Shown piece by piece: positions 1 through 6,011 of a stretch of DNA of 15,872 bases (position 1 is its first letter; every line of letters starts with the position of its first letter). The translations under genes were made by a program, and so were the position numbers. Origin of the DNA: Candidatus Woesearchaeota archaeon (GTDB lineage: Archaea > Nanobdellota > Nanobdellia > Woesearchaeales > SM23-78); assembly GCA_016933095.1 (NCBI GenBank), contig JAFGBP010000064.1, positions 1-15,872 on the forward strand. Reading direction: 5' to 3'. Below the pieces are notes generated by a model. It was not told where the DNA came from. It searched no databases and saw only the letters and a program-made list of their open reading frames with translations.

Positions 1-681
1 AAGGGTTATCCGCCGGGACTTATCAAGCCGCAATACGTGCTTGAAACCCTCGACAAGATGCTTCGCGATTACAAGGGAGACGTGATCTTCACGACCGGCG
101 TCGGCCAGCACCAGATGTTCGCTGCCCAGTACCTGAATCCACGAGGCCCCAGGAAGTTCATCACTTCTGGAGGGGCGGGGACTATGGGCTTTGGCATGCC
201 TGCAGCGATCGGGGCGCAGCTCGCCAACCCTGATTCACTTGTCATCTGCATCGACGGGGATGGGAGCTTCAACATGAACTCTCAGGAGCTTCGCACGTTG
301 TATGAATACAACTTGTCGGATAACTCTTCTGCGCATTCCCAGAACAAGATGCCTGTGAAGGTTATCATCCTGCACAACGGGTCTCATGGCATGGTCCGTC
401 AGTGGCAGGATCTCATGTTCAAAGAGAACAGGGTCGCGACGACGATCGGGGACTGGAAGTTCCCTGACTTCGCGGCAGGCGCCAATGCGCAGTACGGCAT
501 CGAGGCCCTCCGGGTCTCTGAGTACAGCCAGGTAGAGCCTGCGCTCCAGAAGATGATAAAGAGCAAGGGACCGTTTTTGCTGGACATAGTAGTGGATCCT
601 GACGAGCACGTCCTTCCAATGGTCATGCCTGGCAAGCCTGTTAGCGAGATGAGGACTCATAAGACGAATCATATAAGCTGA
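1..681 (+). CDS. ilvB: Acetolactate synthase (AHAS) large/catalytic subunit, C-terminal ThDP-binding part; 5' end lies outside the window
   Basis: Frame 1 is open from base 1 (KGYPPGLIKPQYVLETL...), so the GTG at 37 in the ORF track is internal. Translation carries TSGGAGTMGFGMPAAIGA, the ThDP/Mg motif GDGSFNMNSQEL...N and the AHAS-typical HGMVRQWQDLMF block. TGA at 679-681. Confidence 0.85.
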   Translation, partial: KGYPPGLIKPQYVLETLDKMLRDYKGDVIFTTGVGQHQMFAAQYLNPRGPRKFITSGGAGTMGFGMPAAIGAQLANPDSLVICIDGDGSFNMNSQELRTLYEYNLSDNSSAHSQNKMPVKVIILHNGSHGMVRQWQDLMFKENRVATTIGDWKFPDFAAGANAQYGIEALRVSEYSQVEPALQKMIKSKGPFLLDIVVDPDEHVLPMVMPGKPVSEMRTHKTNHIS

Positions 682-682
682 A

Positions 683-1354
683 TCATAAGCGTTGATTCTT
701 GGAAGCCCTCTCCCTCTTTTTTTTCTTTTTCAGATATTCTTTCCCATATTCCTTCCTGTACCGCTCCCATTTGTTTGGGTGGGCAAGATGATCGTACACA
801 TGCGTAATAGCTAAGGTCAGCACAGCATAGATGATCAGGGAGAATAAGTACATCAACCTGAACTTGAAGTCCCAGACGTCGGTGAAGAACGGTTCGACTG
901 TGAATTCCAAGGTGCCGATCGGGAAGTATTTCAGCGCGGGGTAGAGCAGGAGCATCAGGCCTTTGGAGACGATGTAAAGCTTGGTCTCCTGGTCCGAGCT
1001 TATGAACATCGCGTATATTATCGCATATGCTAGGTGGTATGTGAATGCCATCAGAGCAAGTGATTTCAAGTAGACGTTCTTAGCAATACCTCCTGACAAG
1101 GCTCTTGTCAGCCACTTAGGCGTTCTGGATCTTTTGGAGATGAGCTTGCCTGCGAGGAAGACTGCCAAGGCCACGAATGCAAGGTTCACTGCGATGCCTA
1201 ATGGGTTGTAGCTTCCGAAGTCCATGATGCTGCTCGAGCCTATCGCAACGGCAGGGAAGCCGTATGAGACGTCTCCACATGAGCGGAGGAAGGGCAGCAT
1301 GGATACTATCAGGAATAGGATTGTTATCTTCACATATCTAGGATGAATATTCAA
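683..1354 (-). CDS. Polytopic membrane protein of unknown function with a Lys/Arg-rich C-terminal tail
   Basis: 223-codon ORF with several long hydrophobic segments (ILFLIVSMLPFL, AVNLAFVALAVFLAG, LALMAFTYHLAYAIIYAMFI, LMYLFSLIIYAVLTLAI) and the tail KKKKKRERASKNQRL. The start is uncertain: the track start at 1354 is TTG, with in-frame GTG at 1333 and ATG at 1300. A TATA-like taatataaaaaa at 1376-1387 lies about 27 nt upstream of 1354. Its stop is 1 nt from the convergent ilvB stop. Confidence 0.6.
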   Translation of the reverse strand: MNIHPRYVKITILFLIVSMLPFLRSCGDVSYGFPAVAIGSSSIMDFGSYNPLGIAVNLAFVALAVFLAGKLISKRSRTPKWLTRALSGGIAKNVYLKSLALMAFTYHLAYAIIYAMFISSDQETKLYIVSKGLMLLLYPALKYFPIGTLEFTVEPFFTDVWDFKFRLMYLFSLIIYAVLTLAITHVYDHLAHPNKWERYRKEYGKEYLKKKKKRERASKNQRL

Positions 1355-1417
1355 TACTTATCGTGCTCTCAGAAGTAATATAAAAAACTATGTGATGTGA
1401 GAGATTATTATAAGAGA

Positions 1418-2404
1418 TTATTCTACCTTGTAGAACTTCTTGTACCACTCGACGAACTTCGGGATGCCTTCTGAGACTTGGGTCTTTGGGTCAAATCCTA
1501 GCATCTTCCTGGACTTTGTCAAGTCTGCCATAGTGACTGGCACGTCTCCTAGTTGCATCGGCATATTGTTCCTAATGGCTTTCTTACCTACTGCCTTCTC
1601 GATGTGCTCGATGTATTTCTCGAGATCCACAGGGTGGTCTCCTCCGAGGTTGAATATCTCATATGGATAAGATTTATCCAGGGCTGCAAGCACGCCCGCA
1701 GTAATGTCATCTATATAAGTGAAGTCCCTTTTCATCTTTCCATAGTTGTACACGTCGATAGGCTTGCCTTCGAAGATCGCTTTGGTGAACTTGAACAAGG
1801 CCATGTCAGGCCTCCCCCATGGGCCGTAGACTGTGAAGAACCGCAGGCCTGTGCAGTTGAGTCCGAAGAGGTGATGGTATGTGTATGCCATGAGCTCGCA
1901 GGTCTTCTTCGAAGCGGCGTAGAGCGAGATCGGATGATCTACTGGGTCGCTCTCGGCAAAAGGCACTTTCTTGTTGTTGCCATAGACTGAGCTGCTTGAT
2001 GCAAATATGAAATCCTTAACTTTGTGGTGCCTGCACATCTCGAGAAGCACAAGGGTTCCGTGGATGTTGGTGTGCTCGTATGCAAAGGGATTCTCGAGCG
2101 AGTACCTTACGCCTGCCTGGGCTGCCAAGTGGCATACCTTGTCGAACCTGTATGCTTTGAAGACCTTCTCCATCTCGGCTTTGTCTGCCAGGTCCTTCTC
2201 GACAAAGACGAATCCTTTCTTCCCTTCAAGCTCTGCAAGCCTTGCCTTCTTTAGGCTCACATCGTAGTAATCGTTCAGGCTGTCGATTCCTACGACCTCG
2301 TCTCCTCTTGCAAGGAGGGCTTGGCTTACGTGGAACCCTATGAATCCGGCCGCGCCGGTGACGAGTATCTTCAGTTTATTCACCTTCTTCATCTTGTTCT
2401 CCAT
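1418..2404 (-). CDS. NAD-dependent epimerase/dehydratase (extended SDR), most like UDP-glucuronate 4-epimerase
   Basis: N-terminal Rossmann motif ILVTGAAGFIGFH, the catalytic YAASKKTCE (YxxxK), and the block IDSLNDYYDVSLKKARL that I associate with UDP-glucuronate 4-epimerases. Lies directly downstream of a UDP-glucose 6-dehydrogenase gene on the same strand. ATG at 2404. Confidence 0.82.
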   Translation of the reverse strand: MENKMKKVNKLKILVTGAAGFIGFHVSQALLARGDEVVGIDSLNDYYDVSLKKARLAELEGKKGFVFVEKDLADKAEMEKVFKAYRFDKVCHLAAQAGVRYSLENPFAYEHTNIHGTLVLLEMCRHHKVKDFIFASSSSVYGNNKKVPFAESDPVDHPISLYAASKKTCELMAYTYHHLFGLNCTGLRFFTVYGPWGRPDMALFKFTKAIFEGKPIDVYNYGKMKRDFTYIDDITAGVLAALDKSYPYEIFNLGGDHPVDLEKYIEHIEKAVGKKAIRNNMPMQLGDVPVTMADLTKSRKMLGFDPKTQVSEGIPKFVEWYKKFYKVE

Positions 2405-2418
2405 CTTATCCTGCTTTC

Positions 2419-2446
2419 TTCCTGATACACTATTCCTGATACACTA
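2419..2446. repeat. Perfect 14-bp tandem direct repeat (ttcctgatacacta x2) in the ugd-epimerase intergenic spacer
   Basis: Copies at 2419-2432 and 2433-2446 are identical and abut head to tail. They fill most of the 48-nt gap between the ugd stop (2453) and the epimerase ATG (2404). Confidence 0.9.
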
Positions 2447-2452
2447 TCTTCC

Positions 2453-3763
2453 TTACCGTCCTATCCCTTGGTACTTGATGCCTAGCTTCTTCATCTCTTC
2501 TGGGTCGTAGACGTTCCTGCCATCTATTATGACAGTATCTTTCATGAGCTTCTTTACCCTGTCGAAGTCCGGCTCGCGGAACTCGTCCCATTCTGTCATG
2601 ACGAGGAGCGCGTCTGCGCCTTCAAGGGCTTCGTATGCCCCTTTAGAGTATTCCACGCTGTCCTTCAGCATGGCTTTTGCAAGCTCCATCGCTTCGGGAT
2701 CGTAGACTACGACCTTGGCGTCTTCTTTCTGGAGCTGCTCTATGACTGTAAGTGCAGGAGAGTCCCTTATGTCGTCTGTCCTTGGCTTGAATGACACTCC
2801 CCAGATGGCGATCTTCTTGCCGTCGAGTTCTGGCAGGAACTTCTTGAGCTTCGGCACGATGCTCTTCTTCTGCCTCTCGTTCACGTAGTCCACTGCTCTC
2901 ATGATGTTTGATGAGAGGCCATAGTGCTCCAGCATCTGCGCCAGCGCCTTGACGTCTTTTGGGAAGCAGCTTCCGCCGTATCCGCATCCTGCGTGGAGGA
3001 ACCTGGATCCTATCCTCGTGTCGAATCCCATGCCTTTGGCGACGACCTTTATGTCTCCGCCTAGCTCTTCGCACAGGAATGCGAGCTCGTTCATGAAGCT
3101 TATCCTTGTCGCCAGCATCGCGTTGCTTGCGTACTTGATAAGCTCGGCATTTCGTTCTGTCGTGAATATGATGGGCCTCTCTGTCCTGGCGAGCGGCTTG
3201 TAGAGTCTTCCCATAATCTGGCTCGCTTTCTCGCTTGATGATCCGATGATTACTCGGTCAGGGTTCTGGAAGTCTTTTACTGCAGATCCTTCTTTTAGGA
3301 ATTCTGGGTTGCTTACGACGTCGTATTCAACCTTGGCCTTCCTTTTCTTCAGTTCCTCGGCGATTATCTTGCTTACCTTGTCGGCCGTGCCTGCAGGCAC
3401 GGTGCTTTTGTCGACGATGATCGTGTACTTCTCGATGTTCTTTCCGATCTCTTCTGCGACCGCGTAGACGTATCTCATGTCTGCTTCTCCGTTAGGCTTC
3501 GAGGGTGTCCCTACGCAGATGAATATGATCTCGGATTCCTTGATCGCTTTGGCGATGTCAGTCGTGAACTTGAGCCTTCCTATCTTCGCATTCCTCTCGT
3601 AGAGGTCTTTTAGGCCTGGCTCGTAGATCGTCATCTGGCCCTGTTTTAGGGCTTCTATCTTCTTTGAGTCTATGTCTGCGCATATGACCTCGTTTCCAAG
3701 GTCTGAGAAGCAGGTTCCGCTTACGAGGCCTACGTATCCTGCGCCTACGAATAATAGCTTCAT
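2453..3763 (-). CDS. ugd: UDP-glucose 6-dehydrogenase
   Basis: 436 aa. Has the N-terminal GAGYVGLVSGTCF dinucleotide fold and the catalytic-Cys block GYGGSCFPKDV. Family-typical length and C-terminal UDP-binding region (WGVSFKPRTDDIRDSPA). ATG at 3763 preceded by GGTGA. Confidence 0.93.
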   Translation of the reverse strand: MKLLFVGAGYVGLVSGTCFSDLGNEVICADIDSKKIEALKQGQMTIYEPGLKDLYERNAKIGRLKFTTDIAKAIKESEIIFICVGTPSKPNGEADMRYVYAVAEEIGKNIEKYTIIVDKSTVPAGTADKVSKIIAEELKKRKAKVEYDVVSNPEFLKEGSAVKDFQNPDRVIIGSSSEKASQIMGRLYKPLARTERPIIFTTERNAELIKYASNAMLATRISFMNELAFLCEELGGDIKVVAKGMGFDTRIGSRFLHAGCGYGGSCFPKDVKALAQMLEHYGLSSNIMRAVDYVNERQKKSIVPKLKKFLPELDGKKIAIWGVSFKPRTDDIRDSPALTVIEQLQKEDAKVVVYDPEAMELAKAMLKDSVEYSKGAYEALEGADALLVMTEWDEFREPDFDRVKKLMKDTVIIDGRNVYDPEEMKKLGIKYQGIGR

Positions 3764-3770
3764 CTTATCA

Positions 3771-3790
3771 CCGTCTTTATCCGTCTTTAT
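3771..3790. repeat. Perfect 10-bp tandem direct repeat (ccgtctttat x2) immediately upstream of the ugd start
   Basis: Copies at 3771-3780 and 3781-3790 are identical. On the coding strand this reads ATAAAGACGG ATAAAGACGG, 8-27 nt upstream of the ATG. A 7-bp inverted repeat tgattga/tcaatca (3796-3802 / 3814-3820) follows. Confidence 0.9.
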
Positions 3791-3914
3791 CTTATGATTG
3801 ATTTATCTTATCGTCAATCAGACTCTTTTTTGTCGCTTGATGTTAGAAGAAAAAGAAGCCATTTATAAATATTGTGTAATTAGACAGTGATAAAAACGAA
3901 GAGAATTCAGTTTC

Positions 3915-4232
3915 CTATATCACAGTTATCTCAATCTTAGATTTTGCCAAGTCCATCTCTATCTCAAGACGCGTCTTCTTCGAATCCAGATTCAATGCTT
4001 TCACCAACTCTCTCGGAAAGAGCATGCCATAACTATTCCCTATCTTAACAGGATGCTTTTCGTATTTCTCTTTCAGCAGTTTCTGCTGATACTTCTTCCC
4101 GAAAGCAAGAGCCTGTTCTTCTGTGAATATAACGGCCCTGCATTTCCTGCAGCGATACGCCTCTGACACCACACCCTTGTAATCTTCGACGACGAGCCGC
4201 ATGGGCTTTCCACATTTATGGCATTTCTCCAT
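3915..4232 (-). CDS. Putative antitoxin/transcription factor: N-terminal CxxC...CxxC zinc ribbon (YgiT/MqsA-like) fused to a C-terminal AbrB/SpoVT/MazE-like swapped-hairpin domain
   Basis: Cys at residues 4, 7, 28 and 31 (CHKCG...CRKCR). The C-terminal VKIGNSYGMLFPRELVKALNLDSKKTRLEIEMD...KIEITVI fits the AbrB/SpoVT pattern. The ATG at 4232 lies 1 nt after the stop of the upstream small ORF, and GAGGAAG sits upstream. Confidence 0.65.
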   Translation of the reverse strand: MEKCHKCGKPMRLVVEDYKGVVSEAYRCRKCRAVIFTEEQALAFGKKYQQKLLKEKYEKHPVKIGNSYGMLFPRELVKALNLDSKKTRLEIEMDLAKSKIEITVI

Positions 4233-4233
4233 C

Positions 4234-4500
4234 TTATTCTCTTCCTCGTTTGATCATGACTGTTTTTACTATTAAATACCATCCGTACCTTCGGCATGCG
4301 ACGAAAAACGAAAGGTTGTCGCTGAAATACTTGTAGTAAATCTTGTTCTTCTTGGAATGTTTTGTTCTTGATACCTTACCACAACGTATTGTCTCCTCCA
4401 CGCGCAGGAAGGATTCGTGGGGGAGCATTCCGAATTGAAAACACCTTTGAGTAAACCTCCACAAGGCGTGTCTATCGTATCGAATAATTGATGGTCTCAT
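4234..4500 (-). CDS. Putative small toxin (DUF4258-like by pattern), first gene of a two-gene TA-like cassette
   Basis: 88 aa. Pattern IRYDRHALWRFTQR ... LIVKTVM resembles the small DUF4258-type toxins (H-A-x-x-R-x-x-x-R near the N-terminus, hydrophobic strand at the C-terminus). Tightly coupled to the downstream Zn-ribbon/AbrB gene. ATG at 4500 has no SD, but a TATA box lies about 25 nt upstream. Confidence 0.5.
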   Translation of the reverse strand: MRPSIIRYDRHALWRFTQRCFQFGMLPHESFLRVEETIRCGKVSRTKHSKKNKIYYKYFSDNLSFFVACRRYGWYLIVKTVMIKRGRE

Positions 4501-4518
4501 CTTATCATCGCAGCCCAG

Positions 4519-4553
4519 TTTATATAATTTTTGGTTATAACATTAGTTATAAC
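4519..4553 (-). promoter_or_regulatory. TATA box plus twin palindromic operator candidate for the TA-like cassette
   Basis: tttatataattttt at 4519-4532 is centred about 25 nt upstream of the ATG at 4500. Immediately upstream are two copies of the 8-bp palindrome GTTATAAC (4534-4541 and 4546-4553) at a 12-bp spacing. Confidence 0.45.
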
Positions 4554-4589
4554 ACAAGATAAGAAGCGATATTAGAGAAATAATTTGAA

Positions 4590-4609
4590 GCGACCGCTTA
4601 CGCGGTCGC
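4590..4609 (-). terminator. GC-rich hairpin overlapping the stop codon of the 81-aa ORF, followed by a U-rich tract
   Basis: gcgaccgc (4590-4597) / ttac loop / gcggtcgc (4602-4609) form a perfect 8-bp stem. The TAA stop (4598-4600) lies in the loop. Downstream on the minus strand is UUCAAAUUAUUUCUCU. Confidence 0.5.
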
Positions 4610-4843
4610 CTTCACTCTCTTCAGCATCTCCTCGCCGTCCTCGATCATGAGCTCGTCCTCTCCGAGAGGCTCCTCGCTCACCTTGACGGTGTTGGCCAGG
4701 ATTGCCTTGTAATACTCTATCGGCTTCACGTTCGTGATGACGGTCTGCTGTATCACAAAGCGGCCGTTCCTGCTCGTCTTTATCCGATTCTGGATGACCG
4801 GCATCGTCTTAAGCTGCTTTTCTTTCTTATTTGTCAAACCCAT
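4598..4843 (-). CDS. Orphan 81-aa protein, basic N-terminus and acidic C-terminus, unknown function
   Basis: I prefer the ATG at 4843 (MGLTNKKEKQ...) to the track start at 4864. GGAGG (4852-4856 on the plus strand as cctcc) lies 8 nt upstream of it. The 4864 ATG is buried in the 3' strand of the 12-bp helix. No family recognised. Confidence 0.5.
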   Translation of the reverse strand: MGLTNKKEKQLKTMPVIQNRIKTSRNGRFVIQQTVITNVKPIEYYKAILANTVKVSEEPLGEDELMIEDGEEMLKRVKATA

Positions 4844-4860
4844 TTTCAATACCTCCAATA

Positions 4861-4981
4861 GCATTGCCGCAAGTAGCGCCGCCTTGCGTAGTCTGCGTCA
4901 ACACATCGAGCATCACTAGACTCGGTTGCAGATAGGCAACAAGTGCGGACGAAGCGCGGCGCAACAATATTGCGGCAATGC
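4861..4981 (-). ncRNA. Candidate structured RNA: a 5' leader element or small ncRNA of unknown class
   Basis: Perfect 12-bp closing helix gcattgccgcaa (4861-4872) / ttgcggcaatgc (4970-4981). Nested inside are a 7-bp GC helix gcgccgc (4876-4882) / gcggcgc (4956-4962) and a 4-bp helix cgtc (4896-4899) / gacg (4948-4951). There are also hairpins cgag/ctcg (4907-4910 / 4921-4924) and gttgc/gcaac (4925-4929 / 4936-4940). Minus strand is assigned because a TATA box lies about 26-32 nt upstream of 4981 on that strand. Confidence 0.4.
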
Positions 4982-5007
4982 GGTTTTCAAAGACGGACAA
5001 GCAAGGG

Positions 5008-5017
5008 ATTATTATAG
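5008..5017 (-). promoter_or_regulatory. TATA-like box (minus strand CTATAATAAT) upstream of the structured element and 81-aa ORF
   Basis: attattatag at 5008-5017. The usual archaeal TATA-to-TSS spacing of about 25-27 nt predicts a start near 4981-4988, the 5' edge of the 12-bp helix. Confidence 0.4.
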
Positions 5018-5035
5018 TGCACGACTGATTTTCCG

Positions 5036-5050
5036 GAAAGAAAAAGAATG
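5036..5050 (-). terminator. Oligo-T tract downstream of the methyltransferase gene (archaeal-type termination signal candidate)
   Basis: The minus strand reads CATTCTTTTTCTTTCC, 20-35 nt after the TAA at 5069-5071. It is adjacent to the palindrome TTTCCGGAAA (5030-5039). Confidence 0.3.
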
Positions 5051-5068
5051 ATGCGGCATTATTACGTG

Positions 5069-5956
5069 TTAATTCTTTCTTATCTTCGCTACAAAGAACC
5101 CTTGAGTCCCTGTCTTGTGAGGCCACAGCCTCCTGCACTTAGCGATTTCAGGATCGAGTTGCCTGCCAAAGACCTTTGTCAACCCGGGCTCTCCGACTCC
5201 AAGGTCGACTTTCTCAAGGACCAAGTCCTTGTAAGTTGAGAGCATCCAGTCCATGTTCTCCTCGTTCTCTTCTGGCTCGAGCGAGCATGTAGAATAAACA
5301 AGCACGCCGCGTGGATTTAGTACTGCCAAGGCTGCGTCTATCAGCTTGCGCTGGACCTTGACTACTTCTTTCAAGTCTTCGACCTGGCGCTTCTTGAACC
5401 ATTCAGGGTCTGTTGCGAAGTTGCCGCTGCAAGGAGCATCGAGGAGCACCTTGTCGAACTTCCTTCCCAAGTCATGCTCAATGTCCTCTGCATACACCGC
5501 GTCTTTCTTGTAGACAAGGCAGTTCGAGACACCACACCGCTCTAAGTTGTTCTTGAGAGCAGGAAGCCTTGGATTATTGGCATCAAGGGCTATGATGAGC
5601 CCATGGTTCTGCATCATGGCGGCCATCTGCGTCGTCTTGCTGCCCGGGGCGGCGCACATATCAAGCACAGTCTCTCCCGGCCTCGGATCCAAGACCTCAG
5701 AAGGAATCTGGCTCGCTGCCTCCTGGATGTAGATTAGGCCTAGGAAGTGCTCAGGCATTGCGCCGACTGTGAACTGCGACTTGAAATAGTAGCCGTGCTG
5801 CAGGAATGAAATCTTCATGAGAATCGCGTTGAGGCGCTTCTTTAATGAATCATCATCGGTCTTGAGAGTGTTTATCCTTAAGGCCTGCGCTATCTCGATA
5901 CTCTTGGGGTCGAACTTCTCGCCTAACTCGTCATACCGTTCAAGGAATTCGTTCAT
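5069..5956 (-). CDS. NOL1/NOP2/Sun-family RNA (cytosine-C5)-methyltransferase
   Basis: 295 aa. SAM-binding DMCAAPGSKTTQMA, motif IV LLDAPCSGNF and motif VI LVYSTCSLEPEENE provide the two catalytic Cys. ATG at 5956. Confidence 0.9.
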   Translation of the reverse strand: MNEFLERYDELGEKFDPKSIEIAQALRINTLKTDDDSLKKRLNAILMKISFLQHGYYFKSQFTVGAMPEHFLGLIYIQEAASQIPSEVLDPRPGETVLDMCAAPGSKTTQMAAMMQNHGLIIALDANNPRLPALKNNLERCGVSNCLVYKKDAVYAEDIEHDLGRKFDKVLLDAPCSGNFATDPEWFKKRQVEDLKEVVKVQRKLIDAALAVLNPRGVLVYSTCSLEPEENEENMDWMLSTYKDLVLEKVDLGVGEPGLTKVFGRQLDPEIAKCRRLWPHKTGTQGFFVAKIRKN

Positions 5957-5977
5957 GGAAAGAAATAGCTTCGAAGG

Positions 5978-5990
5978 ATATATAAATTAT
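5978..5990. promoter_or_regulatory. Single A/T box shared by two divergent genes (bidirectional TATA candidate)
   Basis: atatataaattat is centred at about 5984. That is 28 nt from the minus-strand ATG at 5956 and 28 nt from the plus-strand ATG at 6012. No clear SD precedes either start. Confidence 0.5.
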
Positions 5991-6011
5991 GTGTTATTTC
6001 CTGGCGGCAGG

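Noticed and set aside
1-681. AHAS large subunit without a downstream small (regulatory) subunit gene as a possible anomaly
   Set aside because: The partner gene may lie upstream or elsewhere, and only the 3' end is visible, so there is not enough information to call it unusual.
717-730. T8-C-T5 homopolymer tract as a possible phase-variation or slippage site
   Set aside because: It simply encodes the KKKKK run of the C-terminal basic tail of the membrane protein, a few codons from the stop. There is no alternative frame of interest downstream.
4861-4981. Possible 5S rRNA, given the length of about 121 nt and paired termini, or a tRNA or C/D or H/ACA guide RNA
   Set aside because: The second helix pairs with sequence adjacent to the 3' strand of the first helix, giving a continuous rod rather than the 5S three-way junction. 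Neither strand has the conserved 5S loop C/E-type sequence (CCGAAC...GAAGUUAAGC-like). There are no D-loop GG or T-loop UUCRANY features. The GUGAUG-like string is internal rather than terminal, there is no matching CUGA box, and no ACA box follows the minus-strand stem.
4861-4981. MITE-like mobile element with 12-bp terminal inverted repeats
   Set aside because: The flanks (aata | ... | ggtt) show no target-site duplication, and no second copy or partial copy occurs in the window. This cannot be excluded without the whole genome, so it is kept as an alternative in the finding.
4827-5138. 103-aa minus-strand ORF spanning the whole intergenic region
   Set aside because: It overlaps the 3' end of the methyltransferase gene and runs through the TATA box and the GC-rich helices. 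It has low-complexity, non-protein-like composition (FFFFPENQ..., AAILLRRASSALVAY), and there is no SD or promoter in the right place.
5817-6011. Upstream extension of the HExxH ORF (track start 5817; ATG at 5955)
   Set aside because: It would overlap up to 140 nt of the divergent methyltransferase coding sequence and place the promoter inside that gene. The ATG at 6012 fits the TATA spacing.
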